Origin: a virus | Lineage: Duplodnaviria > Heunggongvirae > Uroviricota > Caudoviricetes | Strand: one strand, 5' to 3' | IMG/VR virus record: IMGVR_UViG_2648501802_000003 | DNA length: 47,423 nt | In this document: positions 23,208 to 35,485 of the stretch, in pieces | Layout: each line of letters starts with the position of its first letter | How positions within the stretch are numbered: position 1 is the stretch's first letter | The notes under the pieces: generated by a model | What the model was told of the DNA's origin: nothing | What the model saw: only the letters and a program-made list of their open reading frames with translations | The model's database searches: none | Translations under genes and position numbers: made by a program

Positions 23208-24747
23208 TCTTCTCCTCCTCTGTTGATTGTCGCAGTCCGGATTCAAATGCCGCAGCCGCCCAGGCGGGCGGTTTAAGACCGGCTGCACGGCGCTCCATCG
23301 TTTCACGGACCTGCTGGGCAAAAATTTCCTGATAGTCGTCACCGCGTTTTGCGCACTCTTTCTCGTAGGTACTCAGTCCGGCTTCTATCAGCATCACCGC
23401 TTCCTGTACTTCTTTCAGACCATCGATGGCCATACGACCGGAGCCTATCCAGTCACAGTTCCCCCAGGCGCTGCGGGCTTCCTGAAAGCTGAAACGCGCT
23501 TTTGAAGGTAACGTCACCACGCGGCGAACGATGGCCTCTTCCAGCCAGCACAGAAACATCTGGCTCGCCTGACGGGATGCGACGAATTTTCGCCGCCCCA
23601 TAAAGTACGCCCACGACTCGTTCGCACTGGCCCGTGCCGTGGAGTAGCTCATCTGGGCGTAATTCCGGGAAAGCTGCTCATACGAGACACCCAGCCCGGC
23701 AGCGATATACCGCAACAGTGACTGTTCAAACACGGAGTAGCCGTTATCCGTGTCCTGAGCCGTCTGCAGGTTCAGTGAGTCCCCCGGCATCAGGTGCGGC
23801 ACTTTTGCGCCTCCCAGACGGACCGGTGCTGCGGCGTAATACGCGGCAATTTCACCAATCCAGCCGGTCAGCCTTTCCCGCTGCTCCTGACTGTTCGCGC
23901 CCAGAATAAAATCCATCGCTGACTGCGTATCCAGCTCACTCTCAATGGTGGCGGCATACATCGCCTTCACAATGGCGCTCTGCAGCTGCGTGTTCTGCAG
24001 CGTGTCGAGCATCTTCATCTGCTCCATCACGCTGTAAAACACATTTGCACCGCGAGTCTGCCCGTCCTCCACGGGTTCAAAAACGTGAATGAACGAGGCG
24101 CGCCCGCCGGGTAACTCACGGGGTATCCATGTCCATTTCTGCGGCATCCAGCCAGGATACCCGTCCTCGCTGACGTAATATCCCAGCGCCGCACCGCTGT
24201 CATTAATCTGCACACCGGCACGGCAGTTCCGGCTGTCGCCGGTATTGTTCGGGTTGCTGATGCGCTTCGGGCTGATCATCCGGAACTGTGTCCGGAAAAG
24301 CCGCGACGAACTGGTATCCCAGGTGGCCTGAACGAACAGTTCACCGTTAAAGGCGTGCATGGCCACACCTTCCCGAATCATCATGGTAAACGTGCGTTTT
24401 CGCTCAACGTCAATGCAGCAGCAGTCATCCTCGGCAAACTCTTTCCATGCCGCTTCAACCTCGCGGGAAAAGGCACGGGCTTCTTCCTCCCCGATGCCCA
24501 GATAGCGCCAGCTTGGGCGATGACTGAGCCGGAAAAAAGACCCGACGATATGATCCTGATGCAGCTGGATGGCGTTGGCGGCATAGCCGTTATTGCGTAC
24601 CAGATCGTCTGCGCGGGCATTGCCACGGGTAAAGTTGGGCAACAGGGCTGCATCCACACTTTCACTCGGTGGGTTCCACGACCGCAACTGCCCTCCAAAT
24701 CCGCTGCCACCGCCGTGATAACCGGCATATTCGCGCAGCGATGTCAT
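23188..24747 (-). CDS. B: Portal protein B (5' end frameshifted relative to lambda; in-frame ORF begins at internal ATG 24747)
   Basis: 519-aa ORF starting MTSLREYAGYHGGGSGFGGQLRSWNPP...; upstream ATG at 24790 overlaps the W stop and encodes [10 protein letters not shown] but goes out of frame at a C-run (24757-24761). Confidence 0.8.
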   Translation of the reverse strand: MTSLREYAGYHGGGSGFGGQLRSWNPPSESVDAALLPNFTRGNARADDLVRNNGYAANAIQLHQDHIVGSFFRLSHRPSWRYLGIGEEEARAFSREVEAAWKEFAEDDCCCIDVERKRTFTMMIREGVAMHAFNGELFVQATWDTSSSRLFRTQFRMISPKRISNPNNTGDSRNCRAGVQINDSGAALGYYVSEDGYPGWMPQKWTWIPRELPGGRASFIHVFEPVEDGQTRGANVFYSVMEQMKMLDTLQNTQLQSAIVKAMYAATIESELDTQSAMDFILGANSQEQRERLTGWIGEIAAYYAAAPVRLGGAKVPHLMPGDSLNLQTAQDTDNGYSVFEQSLLRYIAAGLGVSYEQLSRNYAQMSYSTARASANESWAYFMGRRKFVASRQASQMFLCWLEEAIVRRVVTLPSKARFSFQEARSAWGNCDWIGSGRMAIDGLKEVQEAVMLIEAGLSTYEKECAKRGDDYQEIFAQQVRETMERRAAGLKPPAWAAAAFESGLRQSTEEEKSDSRAA

Positions 24748-24786
24748 GCCGTCCGGCCCCCAGAAGGGTGGGAATGGTGGGCGTTT

Positions 24787-26889
<2,103 letters not shown>

Positions 26890-26915
<26 letters not shown>

Positions 26916-27435
26916 TCAGCAACCCCGGTATCAGTTCATCCAGCGCGGCTGCTTTGTTCATGGCTTTGATGATATCCCGTTTCAGGAAATCAACATGTCG
27001 GTTTTCCAGTTCCGGAAAACGCCGCTGCACCGACAGGGGGAGCCCGTCGAGAATACTGGCAATTTCACCTGCGATCCGCGACAACACGAAAGTACAGAAT
27101 GCGGTTTCCACCACTTCAGCGGAGTCTCTGGCATTCTTCAGTTCCTGTGCGTCGGCCTGCGCACGCGTAAGTCGATGGCGTTCGTACTCAATAGTTCCTG
27201 GCTGGAGATCTGCCTCGCTGGCCTGCCGCAGTTCTTCAACCTCCCGGCGCAGCTTTTCGTTCTCAATTTCAGCATCCCTTTCGGCATACCATTTTATGAC
27301 GGCGGCAGAGTCATAAAGCACCTCATTACCCTTGCCACCGCCTCGCAGAACGGGCATTCCCTGTTCCTGCCAGTTCTGAATGGTACGGATACTCGCACCG
27401 AAAATGTCAGCCAGCTGCTTTTTGTTGACTTCCAT
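26890..27435 (-). CDS. nu1: Terminase small subunit Nu1
   Basis: 181-aa ORF MEVNKKQLADIFGASIRTIQNWQEQGMPVLRGGGKGNEVLYDSAAVIKWYAERDAEIENEKLRREVEEL... as lambda Nu1. Confidence 0.9.
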
Positions 27436-27612
27436 TGCTCATTCCACGGCCAAAAACAGAGAAAGGAAACGACAAAGGCCCAAAAGTTCGTTTTCAGCAC
27501 CTGTCGTTTCCTTTCTTTTCAGGGGGTATTTTAAATAAAAACATTAAGTTACGACGAAGAAGAACGGAAACGCCTTAAACCGGAAAATTTTCATAAATAG
27601 CGAAAACCCGCG

Positions 27613-27624
27613 AGGTCGCCGCCC
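27613..27624 (-). other. cosN cohesive-end site (12-nt GGGCGGCGACCT on the packaging strand); cosB/cosQ flank it across roughly 27440-27720
   Basis: Plus strand AGGTCGCCGCCC at 27613-27624; surrounding sequence matches my recollection of the lambda cos region upstream of Nu1. Confidence 0.75.
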
Positions 27625-27823
27625 CGTAACCTGTCGGATCGCCGGAAAGGACCCGCAAAATGATAATGATTATCATCTACATATCACAACGTGCATCTAC
27701 GCCATCAAACCACGTCAAATAATCAATTATGACGCAGGTATCGTATTAATTGATCTGCATCAACTTAACGTAAAAACAACTTCAGACAATACAAATCAGT
27801 GACACTGAATACAGGGCAACCTC

Positions 27824-28057
27824 ATGTCAACGAAGAACAGAACCCGCAGAACAACAACCCGCAACATCCGCTTTCCTAACCCAATGATTGAACAAATTAA
27901 CATCGCTCTTGATCAAAAAGGGTCTGGGAATTTCTCAGCCTGGGTCATTGAAGCCTGCCGCCGAAGACTGTGCTCAGAAAAAAGAGTTTCGCCTGAAGCA
28001 AACAAAGAAAAGAGTGACATTACTGAATTGCTCAGAAAGCAGGTCAGACCAGATTGA
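27824..28057 (+). CDS. Small RHH-like DNA-binding protein (YlcI/DUF3950-like)
   Basis: 77-aa ORF MSTKNRTRRTTTRNIRFPNPMIEQINIALDQKGSGNFSAWVIEACRRRL...; pattern typical of ribbon-helix-helix proteins; same position as the right-end ORF of lambda. Confidence 0.6.
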   Translation: MSTKNRTRRTTTRNIRFPNPMIEQINIALDQKGSGNFSAWVIEACRRRLCSEKRVSPEANKEKSDITELLRKQVRPD

Positions 28058-28114
28058 AGCAATTTAGATAATCGTGCAGACTAGGTACCTTCATATCACA
28101 TGGAAGGTACTACA

Positions 28115-28525
28115 ATGGCTCAGGTTGCCATTTTTAAACAAATATTCGATAAAGTGCGAAATAATTTAAACTATCACTGGTTTTATTCTGAACTAAAACG
28201 TCACAATGTCTCACATTACATTTACTATTTAGCCACAGAGAATATTCATCTTGTTCTTGAAAACGATAATACGGTTTTAATAAAAGGACAGAGTAAGGTT
28301 GTAAATGTAAGATTTTCAAAAAATAAATGCCTTATAGAAGCCACCTTAAAAGGATTCAAATCAGGAGAGTTATCATTTTACGAATACAGGAAAAATCTTG
28401 CTACAGCAGGGGTTTTCAGATGGATTACAAATATCCACGAAAACAAAAGGTATTACTATACCTTTGATAATTCATTACTCTTTACTGAGAACATTCAGAA
28501 CACTACACAAATATTTCCGCACTAA
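28115..28525 (+). CDS. ybcV: YbcV-like protein (DUF1398 family), unknown function
   Basis: Track ORF 28100..28525; likely start at ATG 28115 ([17 protein letters not shown]...) with RBS GGAAGG; resembles recalled K-12 YbcV; AT-rich codon usage. Confidence 0.6.
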   Translation: MAQVAIFKQIFDKVRNNLNYHWFYSELKRHNVSHYIYYLATENIHLVLENDNTVLIKGQSKVVNVRFSKNKCLIEATLKGFKSGELSFYEYRKNLATAGVFRWITNIHENKRYYYTFDNSLLFTENIQNTTQIFPH

Positions 28526-28570
28526 ATCATAACGTCCGGTTTCTTCCGTGCCAGAACCGGACTCGCTGGC

Positions 28571-28735
28571 ATGATGAAATATGTGTACCCGGTAACCCCG
28601 GTGTGCATCGTTTTTGATTATTCCCGCACACTCGCGCAGAAGGAGTTCCCCGTCGGGCTACGGTCTCTGTTAATACGGGAATACGGCGACGATACAGCGC
28701 ATGATGTGTCAGGCTTGAATACCTTTATCCTTTAA
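28571..28735 (+). CDS. Small hypothetical protein (YbcW-like), 54 aa
   Basis: Hand-translated ORF MMKYVYPVTPVCIVFDYSRTLAQKEFPVGLRSLLIREYGDDTAHDVSGLNTFIL, below the track length cutoff; coordinates approximate. Confidence 0.35.
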   Translation: MMKYVYPVTPVCIVFDYSRTLAQKEFPVGLRSLLIREYGDDTAHDVSGLNTFIL

Positions 28736-28781
28736 AAGGGATATCAGTTAAGTTATCCCGTGTAGGGTATAAGCCATTATC

Positions 28782-28808
28782 AAAGCCACTCTGTAGGAAG
28801 TGGCTTTT
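28782..28808 (+). terminator. Rho-independent terminator candidate downstream of the ybcV/ybcW-like genes
   Basis: Perfect 9-bp inverted repeat AAAGCCACT / AGTGGCTTT with 8-nt loop, followed by TTTT on the plus strand. Confidence 0.5.
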
Positions 28809-29016
28809 GTAATGGCAATAAAAAGCCCCGCGAATGCGAGGCTAAATCCTGGTATTTGTAATGACTGGCTCTTATCTCAACGCAGCCCCTTACCGCGCGC
28901 AAAATGCTCAATATCAAGCATCAGCAATGAGATGTTTAATCTGGATTCACTCCAGAAGTGAGCACCACCCTGTCTACAGAGCCAGATGTGAAGGATGATG
29001 AGTAAAATTATCGCTA

Positions 29017-29484
29017 TCATCGAAGGCATTGCGTCCTGATGTATTCCTGAAGCGTTCTCAGTGCTGTTTGGTCGCGGATAATTCCGTCCCGGATACCGAG
29101 AACGTTTCGTCCAGCAACTGGAGAGAGTTCGACGGTGGCATCATTGCCCATGCCGGAGGCGCTGGAGGTTTCGGCTGAGGATGGCACAGGGCATTTTCCT
29201 TTGACGAGCACCCGACCACCATTATCAAGCTTGCGCCGAAGAGCATCATTTTCAGCTTTCGCATCAGCTAACTCCTTCGTGTATTTATCATCGAGTGCAT
29301 CAGCATCACGCTGGCGCTGCTGCATGTCAGTAATGGTGGCGTTCGCCTTCTCCAGTTCACTGGCCTTGTTATCGCGCTGTTCTTTGTAGGCGATTGCATT
29401 ATCACGGTAATGATTAACAGCCCATGACAGGCAGACGATGATGCAGATAACCAGAGCGGAGATAATCGCGGTTACTCTGCTCAT
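29017..29484 (-). CDS. Rz: Spanin inner-membrane subunit Rz (i-spanin)
   Basis: Track ORF 29017..29496; [39 protein letters not shown]... with N-terminal TM and coiled coil; follows endolysin. Confidence 0.8.
   Translation of the reverse strand: MSRVTAIISALVICIIVCLSWAVNHYRDNAIAYKEQRDNKASELEKANATITDMQQRQRDADALDDKYTKELADAKAENDALRRKLDNGGRVLVKGKCPVPSSAETSSASGMGNDATVELSPVAGRNVLGIRDGIIRDQTALRTLQEYIRTQCLR
29058..29264 (-). CDS. Rz1: Spanin outer-membrane lipoprotein Rz1 (o-spanin), embedded in the +1 frame of Rz
   Basis: ORF inside Rz in another frame; lipobox-like VVGC and proline-rich stretch [11 protein letters not shown] typical of Rz1. Confidence 0.6.
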   Translation of the reverse strand: MRKLKMMLFGASLIMVVGCSSKENALCHPQPKPPAPPAWAMMPPSNSLQLLDETFSVSGTELSATKQH

Positions 29485-29978
29485 TGTTTCCCCCACAAAC
29501 AGACTTCACGCTCAATCTCACGGCGAGTCATCAGTCCTTTCCATTGATTACCGCCAGCGTATGTCCAGCGCCGTAGCTGATCACATGCGCCTTTAATATC
29601 ACCCTGGTTTATTTTGCGAAGAAGCGTCGATGTTCTGAAATTGCCAGCACCCACGTTGTAGACGAACGAGTAAAGAGCGCCGCGCGTTGTTTCCGGTATA
29701 TCGACTTTGATGTACCGGTTAATTTGTCTGGCGACAGTGGCAAGGTCTTTATTCAGGAGGGCTTTGCACTCTGCTTCGGTATACGTTTTACCGGGAATGA
29801 TGTCTTTTCCTGTATGCCCGTAACATACAGTCCATACACCAACTATGTCTTTGTAAGGATTATGTCTCACACCTTCCAGACCATCGTTACCACTTGGGCC
29901 AGTGATTAACACAGATGCTATAGCAATAGCCCCGCCACCAATAGCAGCAGCAACAGCTTTTCGTAATGATGGAGGCAT
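29481..29978 (-). CDS. R: SAR endolysin R (phage-21 type lysozyme with N-terminal signal-anchor-release domain)
   Basis: 165-aa [40 protein letters not shown]... matches recalled R21 / K-12 RrrD. Confidence 0.9.
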   Translation of the reverse strand: MPPSLRKAVAAAIGGGAIAIASVLITGPSGNDGLEGVRHNPYKDIVGVWTVCYGHTGKDIIPGKTYTEAECKALLNKDLATVARQINRYIKVDIPETTRGALYSFVYNVGAGNFRTSTLLRKINQGDIKGACDQLRRWTYAGGNQWKGLMTRREIEREVCLWGKQ

Positions 29979-30193
29979 TATTCACCTCTCGCAGCCTTGC
30001 GCTTATCTTCTTTAATCTTGAAATAAAGGTTTGTCAGGTACGTCAGCAGGCCAAATACCAGGCTACCCAGCACACCTATTGCTGCCCACTGTGAGGGCGT
30101 GACTTTATCGAGCAGCTGTAAAAACCAGTACCCGGCACTACCTGCTGAGGTGCCATAGGCGACACCCGTTGTTAACTTATCCATGGATTTCAT
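29978..30193 (-). CDS. S: Pinholin S (phage-21 type), dual-start motif
   Basis: 71-aa [29 protein letters not shown]...[35 protein letters not shown]; Met1 and Met4 give the antiholin/holin pair. Confidence 0.85.
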
Positions 30194-30300
30194 AACCCCA
30201 CCTCGCAGACAAAGCGGGTGTAAATTGAGGGAATACTACGAAACGTAACAGACTCGGAGTCAGTGAATAACTCAGGTATTGGGTTATCAGCTAATATCGA

Positions 30301-30340
30301 GACTCAAAAAATGGAAAAACCCGCTCGACGGCGGGTTTAA
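30301..30340 (-). terminator. Rho-independent terminator candidate in the late-operon path between the porin gene and S
   Basis: Hairpin AACCCGC-TCGACG-GCGGGTT; on the minus strand it is followed by TTTTTCCATTTTTT. Confidence 0.45.
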
Positions 30341-30766
30341 GCTGTGTGACGAAGTAACCACTCTTAACAGCATAACCAATTTTTTACGTACGTAAACCAC
30401 TAAATGATATTTGCGAGAATGCTACCGAGTATTGAAAACACCACTACAAATACATAAGCAAATCTCAACAAATAACCAACAAATAATTTCCAGCGTTATT
30501 TTTAGCCAATTTAAATTGAACCTTCAAATTATAGAGCACTTATAAATAACAGCCATTAATATAAATTGGCTAATAGATTTATTTTTATTCAGCCAAGAGC
30601 CATGAATAGGATTCGATAGAAAAAAGTTCAGATAAAAATAGAGATCTACTTCACAAATTAAACGAGAAACCAAAACTTACATCTTGAAATAATCACATTG
30701 ATTAGATGAATATTTATCGCGCAGTGACATCATTTTTTAATAATAGTTCAAAAAAAAGGGCTCACG

Positions 30767-31849
30767 ATGAAAAAATTAACAGTGGCAATTTCTGCTGTAG
30801 CTGCATCAGTACTGATGGCGATGTCTGCTCAGGCAGCTGAAATTTATAATAAAGACAGTAACAAGCTGGATCTGTACGGGAAAGTTAATGCTAAGCACTA
30901 CTTCTCCTCTAATGATGCAGATGATGGTGATACTACTTATGCCCGTCTTGGCTTCAAAGGTGAAACCCAAATCAACGATCAACTGACTGGTTTCGGTCAG
31001 TGGGAATATGAATTCAAAGGCAACCGCGCTGAATCTCAAGGTTCCTCCAAAGATAAAACCCGTCTTGCCTTCGCTGGCCTGAAATTCGGTGACTACGGCT
31101 CCATCGATTACGGCCGTAACTACGGTGTAGCATACGACATCGGTGCGTGGACTGACGTTCTGCCAGAATTCGGTGGTGATACCTGGACCCAAACAGATGT
31201 GTTCATGACTGGTCGCACTACTGGTGTTGCAACTTATCGTAACAGCGACTTCTTTGGTCTGGTCGATGGCCTGAACTTTGCTGCTCAGTATCAGGGTAAA
31301 AATGACCGCACTGACGTAACTGAAGCCAATGGTGATGGTTTCGGTTTCTCCACTACTTATGAGTATGAAGGATTCGGCGTGGGTGCAACCTATGCTAAAT
31401 CAGATCGCACTGACGGTCAGGTCGCCTATGGTAAGAGCAAATTCAATGCCTCCGGCAAAAATGCGGAAGTATGGGCTGCAGGCCTGAAATATGATGCGAA
31501 CAATATCTATCTGGCTACCACATATTCTGAAACTCAGAATATGACCGTTTTTGGTAATAACCATATTGCAAACAAAGCACAAAACTTTGAAGCAGTAGCA
31601 CAATATCAGTTTGACTTCGGTCTGCGCCCATCTGTTGCTTACCTTCAGTCAAAAGGTAAAGACCTTGGTGTTCATGGTGACCGAGACTTAGTCAAGTATG
31701 TCGATGTCGGTGCTACTTACTACTTTAATAAAAACATGTCCACTTTTGTTGATTACAAAATCAACTTAATTGACGATAGTAAGTTTACCAAAACAGCTGG
31801 TATTGATACTGATGACATCGTTGCTGTAGGTCTGGTTTACCAGTTCTAA
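30767..31849 (+). CDS. nmpC: Outer membrane porin NmpC/Lc-type (OmpC family), uninterrupted
   Basis: 360-aa ORF with signal peptide [23 protein letters not shown], porin-like sequence ending ...VGLVYQF; located between Q and S on the opposite strand as in DLP12 and phage PA-2. Confidence 0.85.
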   Translation: MKKLTVAISAVAASVLMAMSAQAAEIYNKDSNKLDLYGKVNAKHYFSSNDADDGDTTYARLGFKGETQINDQLTGFGQWEYEFKGNRAESQGSSKDKTRLAFAGLKFGDYGSIDYGRNYGVAYDIGAWTDVLPEFGGDTWTQTDVFMTGRTTGVATYRNSDFFGLVDGLNFAAQYQGKNDRTDVTEANGDGFGFSTTYEYEGFGVGATYAKSDRTDGQVAYGKSKFNASGKNAEVWAAGLKYDANNIYLATTYSETQNMTVFGNNHIANKAQNFEAVAQYQFDFGLRPSVAYLQSKGKDLGVHGDRDLVKYVDVGATYYFNKNMSTFVDYKINLIDDSKFTKTAGIDTDDIVAVGLVYQF

Positions 31850-31855
31850 TCTGAT

Positions 31856-31898
31856 TACGAAAAAGATATGTTGCGGGAGGCTTTGCCTCCCCAACATA
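31856..31898 (-). terminator. Hairpin terminator candidate downstream of the Q-proximal late promoter (tR'-like); may also end nmpC transcripts from the other strand
   Basis: 13-bp stem TATGTTGCGGGAGG / CCTCCCCAACATA (one mismatch) with 5-nt loop; on the minus strand followed by TCTTTTTCG. Confidence 0.4.
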
Positions 31899-31986
31899 TA
31901 AGTGGCTCCCTCAAGCCACTTCCTTTAGGAGCACAACCTTGCTTCTAACTATATAAACCTTCTGTTATATATTACCCTTTATTTTT

Positions 31987-32010
31987 GGGGGCGTTGCAAC
32001 GCCCCATTTT
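31987..32010 (+). terminator. GC-rich hairpin followed by T-run (plus-strand terminator candidate; also a stem-loop within the putative short late leader RNA)
   Basis: Perfect palindrome GGGGCGTTGCAACGCCCC followed by ATTTTTAATAATTTTT. Confidence 0.4.
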
Positions 32011-32038
32011 TAATAATTTTTAGTAAACAATTGGCATA

Positions 32039-32437
32039 TTAATTAGAGTTATTAACAACGATATCCATCTCTAACCGGATATCTAATGCCATTAACATCC
32101 CTTCAATTATGCCCTCAGCCTTCTGTAACCTTTTCCCGATATAACCATCAGAGCAGCAATGCTTACCTGCCAGTGACATGAATGTCATACCGACTACATA
32201 ATAATCTACTAATAAATCGTGCAAATCGCTGTTGTTCTTTTTCAGACGGCCCATGCACCCGCAAATGATCATCGCGTCATCGTCACAACATTGCGGGCGA
32301 GATTTTACTTTTGAAGGAATTAATCCCTTAAAACCGGCGGCAATGGACGACCAGGTCACATCTTCATGATTATTAGCCGCCCACGCTCCCCAACGCTCAA
32401 GAACCATCTGAATATCACGCATCAACTTACTCCACAA
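32039..32437 (-). CDS. Q: Late gene antiterminator Q (phage-82/DLP12 QuuD-like)
   Basis: 132-aa ORF with Cys-rich motif ([14 protein letters not shown]); position between the nin region and the lysis cassette; resembles recalled QuuD. Confidence 0.75.
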   Translation of the reverse strand: MWSKLMRDIQMVLERWGAWAANNHEDVTWSSIAAGFKGLIPSKVKSRPQCCDDDAMIICGCMGRLKKNNSDLHDLLVDYYVVGMTFMSLAGKHCCSDGYIGKRLQKAEGIIEGMLMALDIRLEMDIVVNNSN

Positions 32438-32507
32438 AAATCAGACCAGAACGCCAATTACAAGCAAAAATCAACAAAACAGTATTAGTTGATTGTTATC
32501 TCTGACT

Positions 32508-32648
32508 TCATACTCCTGCTCCTGTCAGGGTTTTGGCGTAATTCTTCAGTATTCGGTAATCGGTCAAAACAGAACCGGGGAAACGATATAAGCGCAGACG
32601 CCCCCAGCGGTGGCGAAGAAGTTCTGCTATATTAAACTCAAACATCAT
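32508..32648 (-). CDS. ylcG: Small protein YlcG-like (46 aa)
   Basis: Hand-translated [46 protein letters not shown]; start overlaps rusA stop; coordinates +/-2 bp. Confidence 0.5.
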   Translation of the reverse strand: MMFEFNIAELLRHRWGRLRLYRFPGSVLTDYRILKNYAKTLTGAGV

Positions 32649-33007
32649 TCATTCCCCATTTCGGTGATGGTCAGTTCCAGCCTCCCACCTTTGGTAACAG
32701 GCATCTTCACAACGCGGTAATCAACGACCTGAGCATCATCCAGCCAGAAACCTGCTTTAGTGAGTGCGTCAAAAGCGGCTTTTTGCAGATTATCCAGGTC
32801 ACGGCGACGGCGATCCGGCATGTGGCACTCAATGCGGATTTTCACAGGCATAGCCAGGCCGATATCCAGCATTGCGCTTTTAATGATTCGGGCGACGTTA
32901 TCGCGGTATGCCTGCCCCTCTGCACTGACGTGCGTGCGCCCGCGATTATGGCGGTAATAGCGATTATTGCTCGGAGGCCAGGGTAATGTGATACTGTAGG
33001 TATTCAC
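32645..33007 (-). CDS. rusA: Holliday junction resolvase RusA
   Basis: 120-aa [45 protein letters not shown]...; GTG start; matches recalled RusA. Confidence 0.9.
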   Translation of the reverse strand: MNTYSITLPWPPSNNRYYRHNRGRTHVSAEGQAYRDNVARIIKSAMLDIGLAMPVKIRIECHMPDRRRRDLDNLQKAAFDALTKAGFWLDDAQVVDYRVVKMPVTKGGRLELTITEMGNE

Positions 33008-33294
33008 GCCTTAATAACCCCCTCTTTCAGCCAGATAACCTGTGTTCTCGCCATACCTTCCAGCGCGCATTCTTTTGCATATGCAGCATCGACAAAATGT
33101 GTGCGGCGGTCGATTTCGTCGTGGCAGGCAGAACATGCAATGGTGGCAATCAGGTCTGGCGGTTTGATACCGGTACCGCACAATCCAGCCAGCCGGATAT
33201 GTGCCAGTACAGACGTTTCAGAATTGCCATTACATACGCCAGGGATTCTTACCTGGCATTCCCGACCACGCGCTGCTTTTCTCAAATCAGCCAT
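33004..33294 (-). CDS. ybcO: YbcO-like putative nuclease (DUF1364)
   Basis: Track ORF 33004..33333; likely start at ATG 33294 ([23 protein letters not shown]...), Cys-rich. Confidence 0.7.
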   Translation of the reverse strand: MADLRKAARGRECQVRIPGVCNGNSETSVLAHIRLAGLCGTGIKPPDLIATIACSACHDEIDRRTHFVDAAYAKECALEGMARTQVIWLKEGVIKA

Positions 33295-33457
33295 GATTCC
33301 TCCTTGCTGCCAGTCGCAACCATTTTTTATCAACCAGGCTAGCGGTATATCCGAGCAGTGTTGGTATTTCGGATGGCTTCAGCTCAGGCTTACGCTTACG
33401 ACGATTTGATACTCTGTAGATGTGTCCGTTCATGACACGAATAAGCGGTGTAGCCAT
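33287..33457 (-). CDS. ninE: NinE-like protein (56 aa)
   Basis: Hand-translated [56 protein letters not shown]; ATG overlaps ybcN stop (TAATG); coordinates +/-2 bp. Confidence 0.6.
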   Translation of the reverse strand: MATPLIRVMNGHIYRVSNRRKRKPELKPSEIPTLLGYTASLVDKKWLRLAARRNHG

Positions 33458-33912
33458 TACGCCTCCTGCTTGTCGCGGAGCAGCTGGAACTCGCAGCTCT
33501 GCGGAATAGTCAGGTGGCAGCCAATATTCACCGCCCAGGCTTCAACCTTACACAGGAAGACATACATCTCTCCGGTATCAAGATCGGAGGTATGGCGTAA
33601 CGACTGGATAGTGGTGATATCACCGGTTACGACATCAACCAGGTCTTTGGTTTCATAACCGAGATATGTGTGTTTGAGAGCATCTTTTACCCAAGCTGGA
33701 GTGGCGAACGTTTTACCCCTGCTGATGAGGTATTCACTGATTTCGCTGTACCACATGTGGCTGAGTGCATTCTGGGAAAGACTGCGTTTCTCACGCCACG
33801 GTTTAAGCACCATGCGAAAGCATTTGCCCTCCTCCAGATAAGGCTGGATCTGCCGACCGATAGCGGTGAAGTTGCCGCGATGTAATTTGATGCCGTCTTG
33901 TGAGAGGTTCAC
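33457..33912 (-). CDS. ybcN: YbcN / NinB-family protein
   Basis: 151-aa [33 protein letters not shown]...[16 protein letters not shown]...; resembles recalled K-12 YbcN; nin-region position. Confidence 0.7.
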
Positions 33913-34010
33913 GCTTCACCTCCGCAGAGGTCAAACGCTAGATGCAAAGAATTGCAGGTGCATTTCTGCATCTGTGAAGGGAGAAGAGAGTTTGGATTGT
34001 ATGTGCGCAT
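33909..34010 (-). CDS. ylcH: Small protein YlcH-like (33 aa)
   Basis: Hand-translated [33 protein letters not shown]; stop overlaps ybcN GTG start. Confidence 0.4.
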
Positions 34011-34126
34011 AAACGTCCCCGTTTAGCGCAGAAGTCACCGGAGTTGTTCAGGCTCCGGTGACATAATTATGCCGTGTTGATTTCCCAAAATCAAAATCGA
34101 TAGAATTGCTCCTTCTTAAAACACTT

Positions 34127-34924
34127 TTACTCTCTGGAAGCTTTTCTTATCTCTCTTGGTGTTATATTAAAACGATTATGAAATCTTTCTGTAAAACGAG
34201 AAGGACACTTATAACCATTTTCTCTGGCAATCTCGCTTATAGGTTTTACCGTCGTTTGTATAGCAGACAACGCATTATTTAACCTCACATCGTCCAGTAT
34301 ACTTTGGAAACTTACCCCCTCGCTTGCTAGACGGCGATGTAATGTAGAAACAGAAATGTAGAGATATCGAGCAACCTTGTTTGCTGTCCATTTTGTGCCG
34401 GGTTCGGATAGCAGCAGGTTATAACAACGACTTATCAATGATTGTTTACTATATGATAAAAGTAAATGATTAACATGATTCACTCCTAACGAAAGTAGAA
34501 CGCCCATTGCTAAGTGCTCCTGAATTTTAGTTGAGAAGCCTCGGGAAACAGATGTTTTTAGTTGCTCCCAACAATATATTAACTCAGGATTCTGAGGTAA
34601 AAAGAAACTTGTTTTGTTACGTATTTGATCAGTTACCGTATAAAGTTTTTGGAAACTCTCAATTAAATCAATGGGTAAGTAAAGCATTTCTGCAAGATAA
34701 AGCCCTGCTTCAGGATAATTCTCAATATAAAATTCATAACCACAAGGAAATAATATTATTTGATTATTATCAACAGTTAAAGTATGCGTCTCCCAATTGA
34801 TAACTTTCTTTCCCTGACGGATACGACACAAAGCTGGCATAAGAGGCTTAACCCTATGAATCTCATGATGTTTATGCATCCGTATTTCTTCGATCTTTAA
34901 GTTAGTCTTACCTCTTGCCAGCAT
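34127..34924 (-). CDS. ybcM: AraC-family transcriptional regulator (YbcM-like)
   Basis: 265-aa ORF with C-terminal AraC-type HTH (...[33 protein letters not shown]...[26 protein letters not shown]); AT-rich. Confidence 0.8.
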
Positions 34925-34933
34925 ACTCTCACC

Positions 34934-35485
34934 CTACTTTATCTCATAAACTGGTGTTATCTCAGCGGTTGCGATTTTATTAGCATTAAGCATATAACCA
35001 ACTAACGCTCCGCTGGAGTTAGAATCTACAGGAATCTTTTCAGTTTTTAGAGCCCATACTTTAAACTGGTAATGATGTGGTTTATCTCCTTTAGGAGGAC
35101 ATGCGCCACCAAACCCAGCATAGCCAAAATCATTTCGGCCTTGAACAGCACCAGTCGGCAGTTTTGTTCCATCACGTCTCCCTGCATCAACGGGCAAATA
35201 TGTTATTGTTGCTGGAATATTAACAACAGTCCAATGCCACCAACCACTGCCTGTAGGTGCATCTGGATCATATACAGTTACGGCAAAGCTTTTGGTACCT
35301 TCAGGAACACCAGACCAGGTTAATGAGGGCGATGTATTACCACCTTCACACCCAAATCCAGAAAAGACATGAGACGTTGTAAGTTGCTCTCCTGTTTTTA
35401 TTTCATTACTAGTGACCTGAAATGCTGCAGCCTGCGCAGAAAATGTTATGAATGCCAATACAGTTGAAACGATAAGTGTTTTCAT
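34934..35485 (-). CDS. ybcL: Periplasmic PEBP/RKIP-family protein (YbcL/YbhB-like)
   Basis: 183-aa ORF with signal peptide MKTLIVSTVLAFITFSAQAAA and motifs ...VYDPDAPTGSGWWHW...GACPPKGDKPHHYQFKVWAL. Confidence 0.8.
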   Translation of the reverse strand: MKTLIVSTVLAFITFSAQAAAFQVTSNEIKTGEQLTTSHVFSGFGCEGGNTSPSLTWSGVPEGTKSFAVTVYDPDAPTGSGWWHWTVVNIPATITYLPVDAGRRDGTKLPTGAVQGRNDFGYAGFGGACPPKGDKPHHYQFKVWALKTEKIPVDSNSSGALVGYMLNANKIATAEITPVYEIK

